This document shows, one piece after another, positions 34,746-45,800 of a DNA stretch of 64,000 nucleotides. Position 1 is the first letter of the stretch. Each line of letters opens with the position of its first letter. The notes under the pieces were generated by a model, which worked only from the letters and a program-made list of their open reading frames with translations, searched no databases and was not told the origin of the DNA. The position numbers and the translations under genes were made by a program. Where the stretch lies: sequence record SRR20825006_2619; one strand, 5' to 3'.

Positions 34746-35501
34746 TCAATCCTGTTCGGGACGCGGGAATGCTGCGGGTTGTCCAAACCATTCCGGGTGG
34801 AAACCATGGCGAACGGCTAGCAGAACCGCCTTACCGTGTTGGTGCGGGGCACCATGGGTGGTGTCCCATTCGAGGCGTTCTTCGTAACGCAAGACACGCA
34901 GCTTCGAATCGGGATCGCATGCCCAACCGACCAATTGATTGGGGCGGAAATAATTGATCACCGCCCCCGCCGTTTCGCTGACGGGTTGGTCGCTTTCCTT
35001 GCCCGGTGATTGGTTGCTGCCCGGATCTTCGGTCGTGTGAACTTGTGCGTACAGCATGCCGTGATCGGTCAGAGAGGCACACATTTTTTTCCAAACGGCC
35101 GGCGCATCGGTCCCAGGAATATGATCCAGAACAGTCGTCGCGATGACGGCGGCGTACTGATTCGCTTCCATCGACAACTCGCGCACGTCGCAAACGACCG
35201 TCTGAATTCGTTCGGACAAGTCGGCTCGTTCAGCTCGTTCGCGAATCCGGTCGAGCCCTCGTTCGCTGACATCAACCGATGTGACGTCATAGCCCGCCGC
35301 GGCGAGTGCCAGCGTGTCTCGGCCGGCCCCAGCACCCAAATCAATGGCTTTTGGCCGTTGGGTGTAGGTCGATGCCTTCGCACCAGTTTGTTTCAAATAC
35401 GCAGCCAATTCCGGCGAAGGTTGCATGCCGTATGCGATGTTTTCACGGTCGTAGGCTTCGAAGAAGAAGTCGTTGGATGGGTCGTCGGTGACTCGATTCA
35501 C
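34746..35501 (-). CDS. Class I SAM-dependent methyltransferase (TehB-like)
   Basis: IDLGAGAGRD..LAAAGYDVTSVD motif I. Start uncertain. Confidence 0.85.
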   Translation of the reverse strand: MNRVTDDPSNDFFFEAYDRENIAYGMQPSPELAAYLKQTGAKASTYTQRPKAIDLGAGAGRDTLALAAAGYDVTSVDVSERGLDRIRERAERADLSERIQTVVCDVRELSMEANQYAAVIATTVLDHIPGTDAPAVWKKMCASLTDHGMLYAQVHTTEDPGSNQSPGKESDQPVSETAGAVINYFRPNQLVGWACDPDSKLRVLRYEERLEWDTTHGAPHQHGKAVLLAVRHGFHPEWFGQPAAFPRPEQD

Positions 35502-35582
35502 GCTGATACAGACTGTCTGAAGAAATCGGATAAAATTGAGTTGTCCTTGGCAAGATAGCCCGCCGGAAAGCGAAACACACAC

Positions 35583-37730
35583 ATGCCACCCATTGAAACC
35601 ACGATCGACAGTAGCGACGAGTCCCCTGACTCATTCGCGAAAAGTTCGCTGGTGACGGCCGAGTTGGTGTCCGATCCGGTCGTCGACGCTGAGCTTGTGC
35701 CCCGATGGAAACGTGCCCTCGTTTCGGTTGGACGCTGGAGCTTGTTGCTGTTTTTGGCGTTGATGACGTTTGGGTTTTTGTGCTCCGGTTTGAGCCCTGA
35801 TCCATCTGCGATCTTTGATGAGAGCAATGCCAAGTCCGTCGTGGCTCAGGACGAGAATGTAGACGACATCGGTGCCGAGTCCGTCGTGATCGCTTTGAAC
35901 GACGATCCAGCGACCGCGATCGAACCGGTCAGTTTGCGTTCTTCGGACCTGAAACCGTCGACCAACGCCATCTCGCGAAAGAGCGATTCAGAGCTCGCAC
36001 TCGTTGCTGAGAAACTCAGCGAACAATGGCGTGCGGAACTGGACTCTCGCGGATTGGACGCGGCTCCGATGGCGGATTGGATGACCGTTTGCCGCCGCTT
36101 GTCGTTGGCATTGGCGGGCACCGGTTTGTCTCTGGAAGAGATCCGATCGCTGCAGCGATTGCCCGAAGCCGATCGTGTCGAGACGCATCGCGAGAGATTG
36201 CTTAACAGCGAACGCTTTCATCATTACTGGGCCGAACGAACCGCTCGCTATTTAGTAGGTGCCGATGAAGGACCATTTATCTTTTACCGTGGGAGACGGT
36301 TCCGCTCATGGCTGACGGAACAATACGCAAAGAACACTCGCTATGACGAGTTGGTGCGAATGTTGATCACGGCCGAAGGAGTTTGGACGGATCGGCCGGA
36401 GGTCAACTTTCATACTGTCACCTTTGATAGCGGAGACAACGCGCCCGATCCGATCCGCTTGGCTGCCCGAACGACACGAGCTTTTTTAGGCGTGCGAATC
36501 GATTGCCTGCAGTGCCACGATGATTTTCTGGGAAACGTTTCGCTTGGTGATGCGTCCTGGATCATGTCTTGCGACGTTGACGATGCGACGATGCAAGCTG
36601 CTGCGGAGAGAGACGCGAAATATGTTTTGAGAGAGGGAACCCAAGAAGACTTTCACTCGCTCGCGGCGTTCTTCACGGCGGCGACTAGCGAAGGTGTTCA
36701 GGGATTGAAGGACAAACGAGCGAACTACGAGTATCAGTACTTGTACGCGGATGAAACCGTGCCGGTGGAGCCTAACGTCCCGTTCCTTCGTGAATTGCTG
36801 CCACCACGCCCCGAGAATCGACAAGACGATTCCTCTGACGACGACAGCACTGATGCGACGGATGAATCTGCGAGTGATGAATTAGGGAATGCGCCGGAGG
36901 TAATTGAGCTACCTCGGTACCTGAGTGACCGCGAACGGTTGGCATACTGGTTGACTCATCCTGAGAACAAACCAGCCGCCCGGGCCGCGGTGACTCGTGT
37001 CTGGACGTTGTTGTTCGGCCAGCCACCAGCCATTGAAACGGACTATGGATTCCAGGTGGGTGAAGTCGATAACTTGCCTTTGGATTCGCCACCGTCGCCA
37101 TTGATCGAAACGCTGACCGAAGCGTTCATCGAAAGTGATTTCAATATTCGAAAGCTGATTCGGTGCATCACCGATTCACCCGCTTTTCGTGTAAGCAGTC
37201 GCGCGGACTTCGATGTGACCGAACAGCATGAGTTGGCGATGGCGGTGTTCCCTGTGACTCATCTGCGAAGCGAGCAGGTTGCCGGGGCGGCGATTCAGGC
37301 GGGACGTATCAAAACGATCAATCGTGATTCATCGTTTTTGGTTCAGTTGCAGCAGTTCGGAAGTTTGAATGACTTCCTAAAACGGTACGGCGATTTGGGG
37401 GAAGACGAGTTCACTCAACAACCCGTCACAATCACTCAGCGATTGGTGATGTTGAACGGAAAGCTGATCAACGAAACGGCGAGTCCAAATCCCATCCTGA
37501 ATGCTTCTTCGCATATCGAGATGTTTGCGAAAGACGATGAAGATGTGGTTCGAACGTTGTATTTAACGGTGTTGAATCGTAAACCCAGCGAGCGAGAGCT
37601 TGAACACTTCGTCAAACGTCTCACCGCTGAGAGTCGTGAGCAGAATGATCCGCCAACATCACGCAAGCAAGAGATCACAGACTTGACGTGGATCTTGCTC
37701 AACAGCAGCGAGTTTGCCTGGAACCATTGA
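35583..37730 (+). CDS. DUF1549/DUF1553 domain protein, membrane-anchored
   Basis: RRLSLAL, FLGVRIDCLQCHD, WLTHPEN...RVWTLLFG, FNIRKLIR, LYLTVLNRKPS..E, LLNSSEFAWNH. Confidence 0.88.
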   Translation: MPPIETTIDSSDESPDSFAKSSLVTAELVSDPVVDAELVPRWKRALVSVGRWSLLLFLALMTFGFLCSGLSPDPSAIFDESNAKSVVAQDENVDDIGAESVVIALNDDPATAIEPVSLRSSDLKPSTNAISRKSDSELALVAEKLSEQWRAELDSRGLDAAPMADWMTVCRRLSLALAGTGLSLEEIRSLQRLPEADRVETHRERLLNSERFHHYWAERTARYLVGADEGPFIFYRGRRFRSWLTEQYAKNTRYDELVRMLITAEGVWTDRPEVNFHTVTFDSGDNAPDPIRLAARTTRAFLGVRIDCLQCHDDFLGNVSLGDASWIMSCDVDDATMQAAAERDAKYVLREGTQEDFHSLAAFFTAATSEGVQGLKDKRANYEYQYLYADETVPVEPNVPFLRELLPPRPENRQDDSSDDDSTDATDESASDELGNAPEVIELPRYLSDRERLAYWLTHPENKPAARAAVTRVWTLLFGQPPAIETDYGFQVGEVDNLPLDSPPSPLIETLTEAFIESDFNIRKLIRCITDSPAFRVSSRADFDVTEQHELAMAVFPVTHLRSEQVAGAAIQAGRIKTINRDSSFLVQLQQFGSLNDFLKRYGDLGEDEFTQQPVTITQRLVMLNGKLINETASPNPILNASSHIEMFAKDDEDVVRTLYLTVLNRKPSERELEHFVKRLTAESREQNDPPTSRKQEITDLTWILLNSSEFAWNH

Positions 37731-37766
37731 AGTCAGAACTTTGTTTGAAACCATCCGGAGCCTTTC

Positions 37767-39116
37767 ATGAGCATCTCATTCAACGACCAGCACGGATCCA
37801 TCGGTCGATTGGGCGAGGGACTGCGGAGCGGTTTGTGCAATGCTCAAATTCATCTGTCACGTCGGCGGCTGTTGGGAGCAGGGTCCGCATTGATGATGTC
37901 TTCGCTGGCACGTCGGTTGACGCTGGCCGCGGAGCAGAAAGCGGATCCGGGCAAACCACCTAAGAGCGTGATTTTGCTGTGGATGGAAGGCGGCCCGAGT
38001 CAGTTGGAAACGTTCGATCCCCATCCGGGCACAAAGTTTGGTGGTGATGTCGGCGATGTCGCGACCACGTTGAAGGATGTTCGAATCGCGGACACGATGC
38101 CGCGATTGGCCGAGCAGATGCACCTTTGTTCGCTGGTACGGAGCGTGGTTGGGAAGGAAGGCGATCACGAGCGAGCAATCTATGCGATGAAGTCAGGCTA
38201 TCGCCCGGATCCAACGCTGGAGCATCCGTCGATCGGTAGCATTCTTTGTCACGCCGACGATGCGGGGGCCGACATCCCGAGGCATATCTCGATCTTGGCC
38301 GGACGTTCCGCCGCGACGGGTGGCTACTTGGGACCACAGTTTGATGCCTTCAAGACTGGCGACCCGCTCGAACCGGTTCCGGATGTTCGCCCGAGAGTCG
38401 ATGAGTCGCGTTACCAACGTCGGCTGGATGCACTGAATAACGTGCTCGAACCTCAGTTCACTCGAGGTCGAATTCGGAACTTGCAAGAGAATCGGACATT
38501 GCATTTGGCGGGAACGCAGGCGGCTCGGAAGATGATGTCGGGTGACCAACTGACCGCCTTCGATGTGAAAGAGGAGCCTCAAGCCGAGTTGGACGCCTTT
38601 GGTGACCACCCATTCGGTCGAAGTTGCTTGGCTGCATCTCGGTTGGTGGAGGTCGGTGTTCGTTGCGTTGAGGTAACGCTCAATGGATGGGACAGCCACA
38701 TCAACAATCACAGCTTGCAATCCAGTGCGGCAGCAACGTTGGACGAAGGCATCGCTGCTCTACTAAAACGTTTGGAAGAACGTGGATTGTTGGAGTCCAC
38801 GCTGGTCGTTTGTGGCGGCGAGTTTGGACGCACGCCCCAAATCAATCCGGCGGGCGGACGTGATCACTGGATCCATGGCTTCAGCACGCTGTTGGCTGGC
38901 GGCGGTATTCGCCGTGGACATGTTCACGGTGCAACGGGACCGGAACCCAACGCCGACAAACCGGATGCTCATGTGGACAGTCCGGTCACGATCCCGGACC
39001 TTCACGCCACGATCTTGGCCACCTTGGGGCTAGATCCGACCGAAGAGCTGGACACTCCGATCGGACGTCCAATGAAGCGCAGCGAAGGCGAGGTCATTGA
39101 TTCAATCATCACTTAG
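37767..39116 (+). CDS. DUF1501 Tat-exported protein
   Basis: LSRRRLL, ILLWMEGGPSQLETFDP, GWDSH, GEFGRTP, GRDHW. Confidence 0.92.
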   Translation: MSISFNDQHGSIGRLGEGLRSGLCNAQIHLSRRRLLGAGSALMMSSLARRLTLAAEQKADPGKPPKSVILLWMEGGPSQLETFDPHPGTKFGGDVGDVATTLKDVRIADTMPRLAEQMHLCSLVRSVVGKEGDHERAIYAMKSGYRPDPTLEHPSIGSILCHADDAGADIPRHISILAGRSAATGGYLGPQFDAFKTGDPLEPVPDVRPRVDESRYQRRLDALNNVLEPQFTRGRIRNLQENRTLHLAGTQAARKMMSGDQLTAFDVKEEPQAELDAFGDHPFGRSCLAASRLVEVGVRCVEVTLNGWDSHINNHSLQSSAAATLDEGIAALLKRLEERGLLESTLVVCGGEFGRTPQINPAGGRDHWIHGFSTLLAGGGIRRGHVHGATGPEPNADKPDAHVDSPVTIPDLHATILATLGLDPTEELDTPIGRPMKRSEGEVIDSIIT

Positions 39117-39132
39117 CGAGTGTTGATCGAGA

Positions 39133-40782
39133 TCAATTGGCAGGTTGCATCCAGTTGATTTCGAACGATGCGGGCTCATCGGATACATCGAGCTTTCCAA
39201 ATGCGACCGCTGTGACTGTTTGAGCCTCGACAGCATCGGCGAACGTGACCGGATAAGCTTTGCCGTTCATCAGTCGGACTTGGTAACCGTCGGATTCTTT
39301 TGCATCAACAAATTTACCGAGGATGAATGCTCCATCGGTTTGTCGATCCTCCTTCGGAGTGTCGATCCAGGCTGGAACCTGCTTGGCAAACGAAATGAAA
39401 AGGTTCGTATTGGATTTGATGCGATCCACCAACGGTTGCAGTTGGTCGTAGTTGCCGGGCGATGTTTCCGCGGACAAACGAGAGAGCGTCCCATAGGCAA
39501 AGATCACTGCTTGACCATATTTGGGATCAGCAGCATCGATGCTCTCAAGTTGCTCCAACACCATATCGATTTCGTTGATGGCGGCGGACATGTCAGCGTT
39601 GCTATCTTCGGACGCAGTTGTGTCTGGTGTCGCTGGCATTTCCGCGTCGTCGGAAACCATTTCGTTGATTGCTGCCGGCAAACCAGGCAAACGATCCTGA
39701 GGCTCTTCGGCAGTTGGATCTTCACTGGCGGTTGCCGGCACATCCGTGGGAGCGTCCTCGGAGGTCGTGATGGAGTCCACTGGTGGTTTTGCGACTTCGG
39801 TGACCGATGATTCGTCGGACGGCAACGTCTGCAGGTTTTCCGGCGGTGTTTCGAAATCATCTTCCGCGGAAGGTTTGTTGCTGCTCGTGGCCATGTCACT
39901 CAGTTCAGCCAAAGCATCCGTGGCAGGGTCGTTGGCAGGGACCATGTCCGCTTCCGATGTGTCGAGTTCGACCGGGGCTGGAGTCGAGGTGTCATCACTC
40001 GAGTCGTTGTTCAGGTCTTCTCCGAGCGAACGGCCTTCCGGCGTCTCGTCCATGATTGGTGGGACGTATCCGCCGGGATTGACCGGTGCCGCAGCCGAAC
40101 GTTGGATGGAATTGGAAGAGCTGTAAGTTCCATCGAGTGGATAGAACCCGAGGTTGGGAAGTGCGTCGAGGTACCACAGCAATCCACCGCCGACGGGCAA
40201 CGCCAGAAGAGCACCGAGGATTGGCGAGCCAACGGTTTTGATCAGCGACTTTTTTTTGCGGCGTTTTTTGTCGCTAGTGTAGATTGCCATCGGAGCCACT
40301 TCGGGGGCGCCATCGACCGCGGAGTCGCTTCGATCTTCCGGGATGGTGAACTCATCCAAGTCATCGGTGTCGGCCGAAGCTTCCACCGAGGTGATTTCGG
40401 GTTCGTCGGTTTGCGATTCGAACACATCCGAGTCCAGAGCTTCCAACTCGGCGACTTCTTCTGTCGAGCCGATGGCTTCTGGGTCAGGCGTTTGCGTCCC
40501 CAGCTCGGAAGCAGCACCTGCGAGAGCAAAGCCACCTAATGCGGCAGGCTCTTCATCGTCAACATCGACGGCTTCCAATTCCGTGAGTGGGTCTGCACTG
40601 GTGTTCAGGTTGTCGCCAACCACGATCAGTGCGGGAGGCATCACCGATTCAATTTCCTGTTGATCCAATGTCGACAAACACCACGGGCACTGAACCTGAG
40701 CCGTCGCTGCAACCTGTCCTGAAAGCAAACGATCAGGAATTCGGACTGATTCGTGGCAACGGGGACAAGGGGTGACCAACAT
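39133..40782 (-). CDS. Hypothetical bitopic protein: N-terminal zinc ribbon, acidic linkers, single TM
   Basis: CPRC...CPWC, long Asp/Glu-rich region, KKRRKKK followed by a hydrophobic helix, C-terminal folded domain. Confidence 0.8.
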   Translation of the reverse strand: MLVTPCPRCHESVRIPDRLLSGQVAATAQVQCPWCLSTLDQQEIESVMPPALIVVGDNLNTSADPLTELEAVDVDDEEPAALGGFALAGAASELGTQTPDPEAIGSTEEVAELEALDSDVFESQTDEPEITSVEASADTDDLDEFTIPEDRSDSAVDGAPEVAPMAIYTSDKKRRKKKSLIKTVGSPILGALLALPVGGGLLWYLDALPNLGFYPLDGTYSSSNSIQRSAAAPVNPGGYVPPIMDETPEGRSLGEDLNNDSSDDTSTPAPVELDTSEADMVPANDPATDALAELSDMATSSNKPSAEDDFETPPENLQTLPSDESSVTEVAKPPVDSITTSEDAPTDVPATASEDPTAEEPQDRLPGLPAAINEMVSDDAEMPATPDTTASEDSNADMSAAINEIDMVLEQLESIDAADPKYGQAVIFAYGTLSRLSAETSPGNYDQLQPLVDRIKSNTNLFISFAKQVPAWIDTPKEDRQTDGAFILGKFVDAKESDGYQVRLMNGKAYPVTFADAVEAQTVTAVAFGKLDVSDEPASFEINWMQPAN

Positions 40783-40852
40783 GAGCGAGACCAATCCGGC
40801 GGGAATTGTTTGTTACGAGACACGGGTATTGTAACTACGCTTCGCAGGCATT

Positions 40853-42790
40853 TCAGCCCGCCGATTGCGGGTCAATTTCCTCATCAGCGTGGCTCGTTTT
40901 CAGTTCATGGTTCAGGATCTCCAGCAGGGTCTGCAGGAAGACCACCACCATGGGGCCCACCAGAATCCCGATCGGACCAAACACGGACACTCCACCAATC
41001 ACACTGAGCAGCGCAAACAGTGGATGCAGTTGGCTGCGGCCGTGCAGGACATAAACCTTGATCACGTTGTCAATCGATGAAACAACGGCCGCACCGTAGA
41101 TCGCAAGAAAAGCGGCGGCGATCCATCGCTGATCCACCAAACCCAACCACAACGCACACGGAACCCAAACTGACGCGGCACCCAGAAAGGGAACCAAAGC
41201 CATCACGCTAGTGAGGAACAACAGCAGCACGATTTGGTCGAAACCGCAAAGCCAGAATCCGATCGTCGCCAAAATCCCTTGGACAACGGCGCTGGCAACA
41301 CTCGCCAGCACCACTGCTCGGCTGGTGCGATCGAATTCCGTCAGCAGTTGATGTTCGTAGGCATCGTCCATGGGTGACAGACGCATGAGCGTGCGAATCA
41401 TTACCGGACCGTCAATCAAGAAGAAGTAGACCGACACGACCAGAATCACCAAACCAAAGATGACTTGGACAACGATGCTGCCGGTCGCACTTGTCAGCCG
41501 TACGAACCTGGGCTGCAAGGATTCGCGAGCCATTCGAATGAGAGAGGAAAAGTCTTTTTCATCGGGGTTCGCAATCAGACTGAGCTGGCTGCGAAGGGAA
41601 CCGCCCAACAACTGATTCATCCAGCTTCGAACTGCCGCGGCAGTTTTGACCGCTGGCTGTTCGAAGCGTTCATTTTTGTTCAGTTGAACCAGCAATTGAG
41701 GCTGCGGGTTCTTGGACACTTCGCTCGGTGAGTCGGCATCGGACACTTGATCGTTGGCTGAATTCGTTTCGTCCTCGTTGGGTTTAACCGTGATGGCCGA
41801 TACAGGTGGATCCGAAATTTTTGCGACCGACGACTCTTCCGCGTCATTCAGTAAATCCGCATCGACATCCAATTGATCGGGATCAATTTGGCCAAGCGAT
41901 GAGGTCGCCGGTGCGGAGGGTTTGGGAACGAGGTTGTCGCTGATCGAAATGTCGATGTCTCGATCGATGTTCTCTGAGTCGATGGAAAGAATCAGCAGTT
42001 CCGCGTACTCGTTCAGATTATTGATCGCAATTTCTGATGCACCCTCGGCGATACCAGCGTTGGGAACTTCTGATTGCAGGTAGTTGATAATCGCAGCGGC
42101 TTGCTGAAGCTCGTTGATTTTGGTCCGGACGGCTTGCGGGTCATCCGCTTTCGGCACATTGATGTCGCCAACGATTCGGTCGAGTTCGCGAAAGTGTTCG
42201 GGGTGTGGAAGAGACAGTCCGACTTGTGAGCGGACTCGTTCCATCGCGACCGACATATTGCTCAGGTTCATCTTGCTGAGCAGGATCGTGAACTGGGTCG
42301 TCGCGACGGAGACCAGAACACCCAGCGGCAGCAAGACGATAAACAAGATTAACGCGGTCGTCGTTCCCGCTGCTAGCCGGCGCCGTCGTCCGACTTTTTC
42401 AAAAATCCACAAATGGATCGGTCGGAAAATGACCACCAAAAGGGCGGCCAGAAACAGTGGAACGAAAAAACCGATCATCAATCGGTAGAACAAAACCCCG
42501 ACCGCCAAGATGCCAATCACCAGCATCACCACGGACATGATCCGCGAGAGCGATGGCAGCTGGGGAAAGAGGATTTGTTTGCGGGTGCCAGGCGGAACTG
42601 ACTCTTCAGAACTCTCGGCCGTGGAATCACCGATCACCGCGGTGAGTTTCTCCGGTGACTCGGTCGCTTCCGTATCGCCGGCCTGAGTCGTTGACTCCGG
42701 TTCGCTTGCGTTTGTGGAACTTGAGTCGACCGGCGGATCGGAGTCGCTGCCGCTTTGACGGCTCGATTGGTTCTTTTTTCGTCGTCCCAC
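40853..42790 (-). CDS. AI-2E family transporter with large insertion
   Basis: GTG start with AGGGAG SD. PLFLAALLVVIFRP, YFFLIDG, LVPFLGA, DNVIK, HPL..LLSVIGG..FGPIGILVGP. Confidence 0.88.
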   Translation of the reverse strand: MGRRKKNQSSRQSGSDSDPPVDSSSTNASEPESTTQAGDTEATESPEKLTAVIGDSTAESSEESVPPGTRKQILFPQLPSLSRIMSVVMLVIGILAVGVLFYRLMIGFFVPLFLAALLVVIFRPIHLWIFEKVGRRRRLAAGTTTALILFIVLLPLGVLVSVATTQFTILLSKMNLSNMSVAMERVRSQVGLSLPHPEHFRELDRIVGDINVPKADDPQAVRTKINELQQAAAIINYLQSEVPNAGIAEGASEIAINNLNEYAELLILSIDSENIDRDIDISISDNLVPKPSAPATSSLGQIDPDQLDVDADLLNDAEESSVAKISDPPVSAITVKPNEDETNSANDQVSDADSPSEVSKNPQPQLLVQLNKNERFEQPAVKTAAAVRSWMNQLLGGSLRSQLSLIANPDEKDFSSLIRMARESLQPRFVRLTSATGSIVVQVIFGLVILVVSVYFFLIDGPVMIRTLMRLSPMDDAYEHQLLTEFDRTSRAVVLASVASAVVQGILATIGFWLCGFDQIVLLLFLTSVMALVPFLGAASVWVPCALWLGLVDQRWIAAAFLAIYGAAVVSSIDNVIKVYVLHGRSQLHPLFALLSVIGGVSVFGPIGILVGPMVVVFLQTLLEILNHELKTSHADEEIDPQSAG

Positions 42791-42800
42791 AAACTCCCTT

Positions 42801-45800
42801 TCAATTTTGAGTCGCTGCGATCGCGTCGCCTTCCAAAGCGATCCCAATGTTCGACGTCACGGCATCGCGATTGATGGACAACGTGATGCGGTGGCGACCT
42901 CGCGACAAGGGGAGATTCTTCAATTGCCAGGTCGGCATCGGCTTCCCGTCGACCCAGGCTTCGATGCCGTCCCACTCGTTGCCGCTGTCCGCGACGTCGG
43001 TTTTTGACTGCAACTTCAACTGGATGTCGGTGGTCGTCGCATCGGAGTCTACCGGCGTGACTTCGATGTCAAATCGAATGAAGCTGGTCGGCGGCGTGTG
43101 GCGATGCTGTTTGAATTTGTCGAGTTCCTCCAAGCGAACTTTGCCGTCCACCATCGTCGTCAGAGCACGCCAAGTCATCGCAGGGTCGTCTTGAGCCGCC
43201 GTATCGACACTGGTTCGGTTCAGCCGACTGTTTGCCGCTGGCGTGTAGTTCATCGTCTCGAGGCTTCGAACCAGGTTCTCTGTTGAAACGGTGAATTGCG
43301 GTTCCCGTCCGAGAGCAGCGAGGAAAGTCGTGAGGTCGACCAGTTCAGCTTCGGTCAGATTGTCGAGCAAACCTTCAGGCATCAACGATTTTCCAGGTGC
43401 GTCATCCAGGATTGCATCGATCTCAATTTCTCGCACGGTGCCGTTGGCCAACCGCAATCGAATTGCGTCGTCGGTTTCGCCGATGGAAATGCCACTGATG
43501 ACTTCCCCTTCTTCGGTCAAAATTTTGCGAGTGGAGTAGCCCTCTTTCAATCGAGCACTTGGGGCCAATAGCGATTCCAGGACATAGTCCGGCTGCGAGC
43601 TGCCGCCCAAGGAGACCAAGTTGGGGCCAACGAGTCCTCCGCCTTGTCCGATGGCGTGGCAGGAAATGCATTGCAATTCACTGCGACGATAGACCAGTTC
43701 ACCTCGCTTGGCCGATCCCGTTTCTTGCACTCGTTTGAGCAATCGATCTTTCAGCTCTGGCGACAAAACCCAGGTCGCATCGTCAAGCTTGCCGGACTTG
43801 CGGATCGTTTGTTCGAGCTCGGCGTTGCCTCCGGCGGAACGGACCGATCGCAGCAATGTTCGAGCGGTATCGGAAGGCAATTCCATGTCGCTCATTTTCG
43901 CAGCGTATCGTTTCACCAGATCCGGTCTCGAAAGCGAACTGACCAACCAGTTTTCGGCGGCCTTTGTTAATTCGGCTTCGGTCAAAGCGTCCAAGACCAA
44001 CGGAACCGCCGCCCCGGGGCGTGAGTTGACCAAGCCATCAATCGCCGCGGTTCGATCAGCGATCGATCCTTCTTTGGCGATGCTCATCAATTGTTGATTG
44101 GCCTTTGGAGATGAGAGCGATGCCAATGCGTTGATCCAAATCTGACGGTCTTCTGCAGCCGCGTCCGAACGACTTTGAATGGCGGACAACAAGGTTGCTT
44201 CCGTGGATTGCAGCTTCCATTGCTTGGTCGCTCGCGAAATCCATCGCATCGTCGACGCCTTCAATTGGCCGGTGTCTTGTTTGGCCAGCCATTGATTCAC
44301 GCTGGCGTTTGCATTGGCAGGAGTGACGTTCTTTCGTGGTGCCGTCGCATCCAGCAATGTGCTGATGCGGCGTTCGACGTGAGTTGGATTTCCGGCAAGC
44401 AACCGATTCAGGACACCGCCGAGTTGTTCTGCCGTCGCGACTTCGCCAACCGCCTGAAGCCACTGGTCATCGGCTTCGTCCGAAGAGATTTCTTCCCATT
44501 CGATGCGATCGATCAACAACTTCGCTGCGTCGGCATTTCCAACGGCTCGGACTGCCCAAGCCAGCGTTTGCGGGGATTGTTGCCAGATCTCTTGCAGCGT
44601 GTCGTTGCCATGTTGCCAGTGCTCCGCCGTTTCGCGAATGGATTGCCACAGAGCAAAATCGATTGAGTTTTGCGAGGACAGCGGTTGGTCCGATGCGAGT
44701 AAACGCGAGAGAATCTGGTGGAGCCAAACCGCTGATTCTTCGGTGTCCAATTGGCCGCATTGCACGATGACTTCCAGGGTCAACGCGAGGTCGGTGATCT
44801 CCGTCGCGGCACCGACCAATTTCGCCGCATCCGCCATGGCTTGTTTGGCAACGGGCGGATTCAGTGTTGTCAGTTGGTTGGCCGATCGGAATTGACTTCT
44901 CAGCCAAGCTGCGGCGTTGTCGGGAACCGAACTCGGATTGGATTTCCACGATTGAATGCGAGCCATCGCGGGAGCAGTCGCGATCGGTTGGACAGCCGCT
45001 TCGCGAAGCCACTGAGCTTCCAGCGTTCGCGTCGCCAGTTGTTTTCCATTTTGGTTGACCCATTGGTCCACCGTGTCGAAGAAGCCCGGATCTTCCAGGT
45101 GATCCCATAACGTTTGACGAGCAAATTGACGGACGGCAAGCGATTCGTCTTCGAGGTAGCCCAGCAGTTCGGATGTGGTCGCGGCCAAAAAGTCGGGCCA
45201 TGGATCGAGTGGTCGATCGGGAAAGGACAGTCGCCAGATACGACCATGTTCGGTGTCGCGACGCGGATCGCGAAAGTCGACTTCGCCGTGTTGAATGATG
45301 GGGTTGTACCAATCGGCAATCAGCACGGTTCCGTCGGGAGCCATGCGAGCATCGATGGGACGGAATGCAACGTGTTCGGTCGTTACCAGTTCGGGTTGTT
45401 GGCGGCTGATGTAGTCAGCTCCATTGGGACGCACACTGAATCGGCACACACGGTGGCTGCGGAAGTCATTGGTGACCAAGTCGCCTTGCCATTCTGGTGG
45501 AATGTGTGTTCCGGAGAGCACTTCCAAACCGCAGTGTTTGGGGCTGCCGGGGTTCAGTCCCAGCAACCATCGGGTCGCACCGGGAGAGGTTTTGAACACG
45601 GCATCGGGGAAGGCGTGGGTGATGCCATCAAAGGCGGCTCCATCGGTCACGAAGGATTCGCCGGAACGATTGACGATGTGCCCCCACGGATTGATGAATC
45701 CTTTGCAGAAAATATCCAGTTGTCCGGTGCTGGGGCGATAACGCCAAATGCCACCTCCGTCCAAGCGTTTGGTTCCATCGGGCGTGTCGATGTGCGAGTG

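Noticed and set aside
40250..40269. T8 and T6 homopolymers as a phase-variation or frameshift site
   Set aside because: They encode the KKRRKKK positive-inside patch before a TM helix, and the frame is intact.
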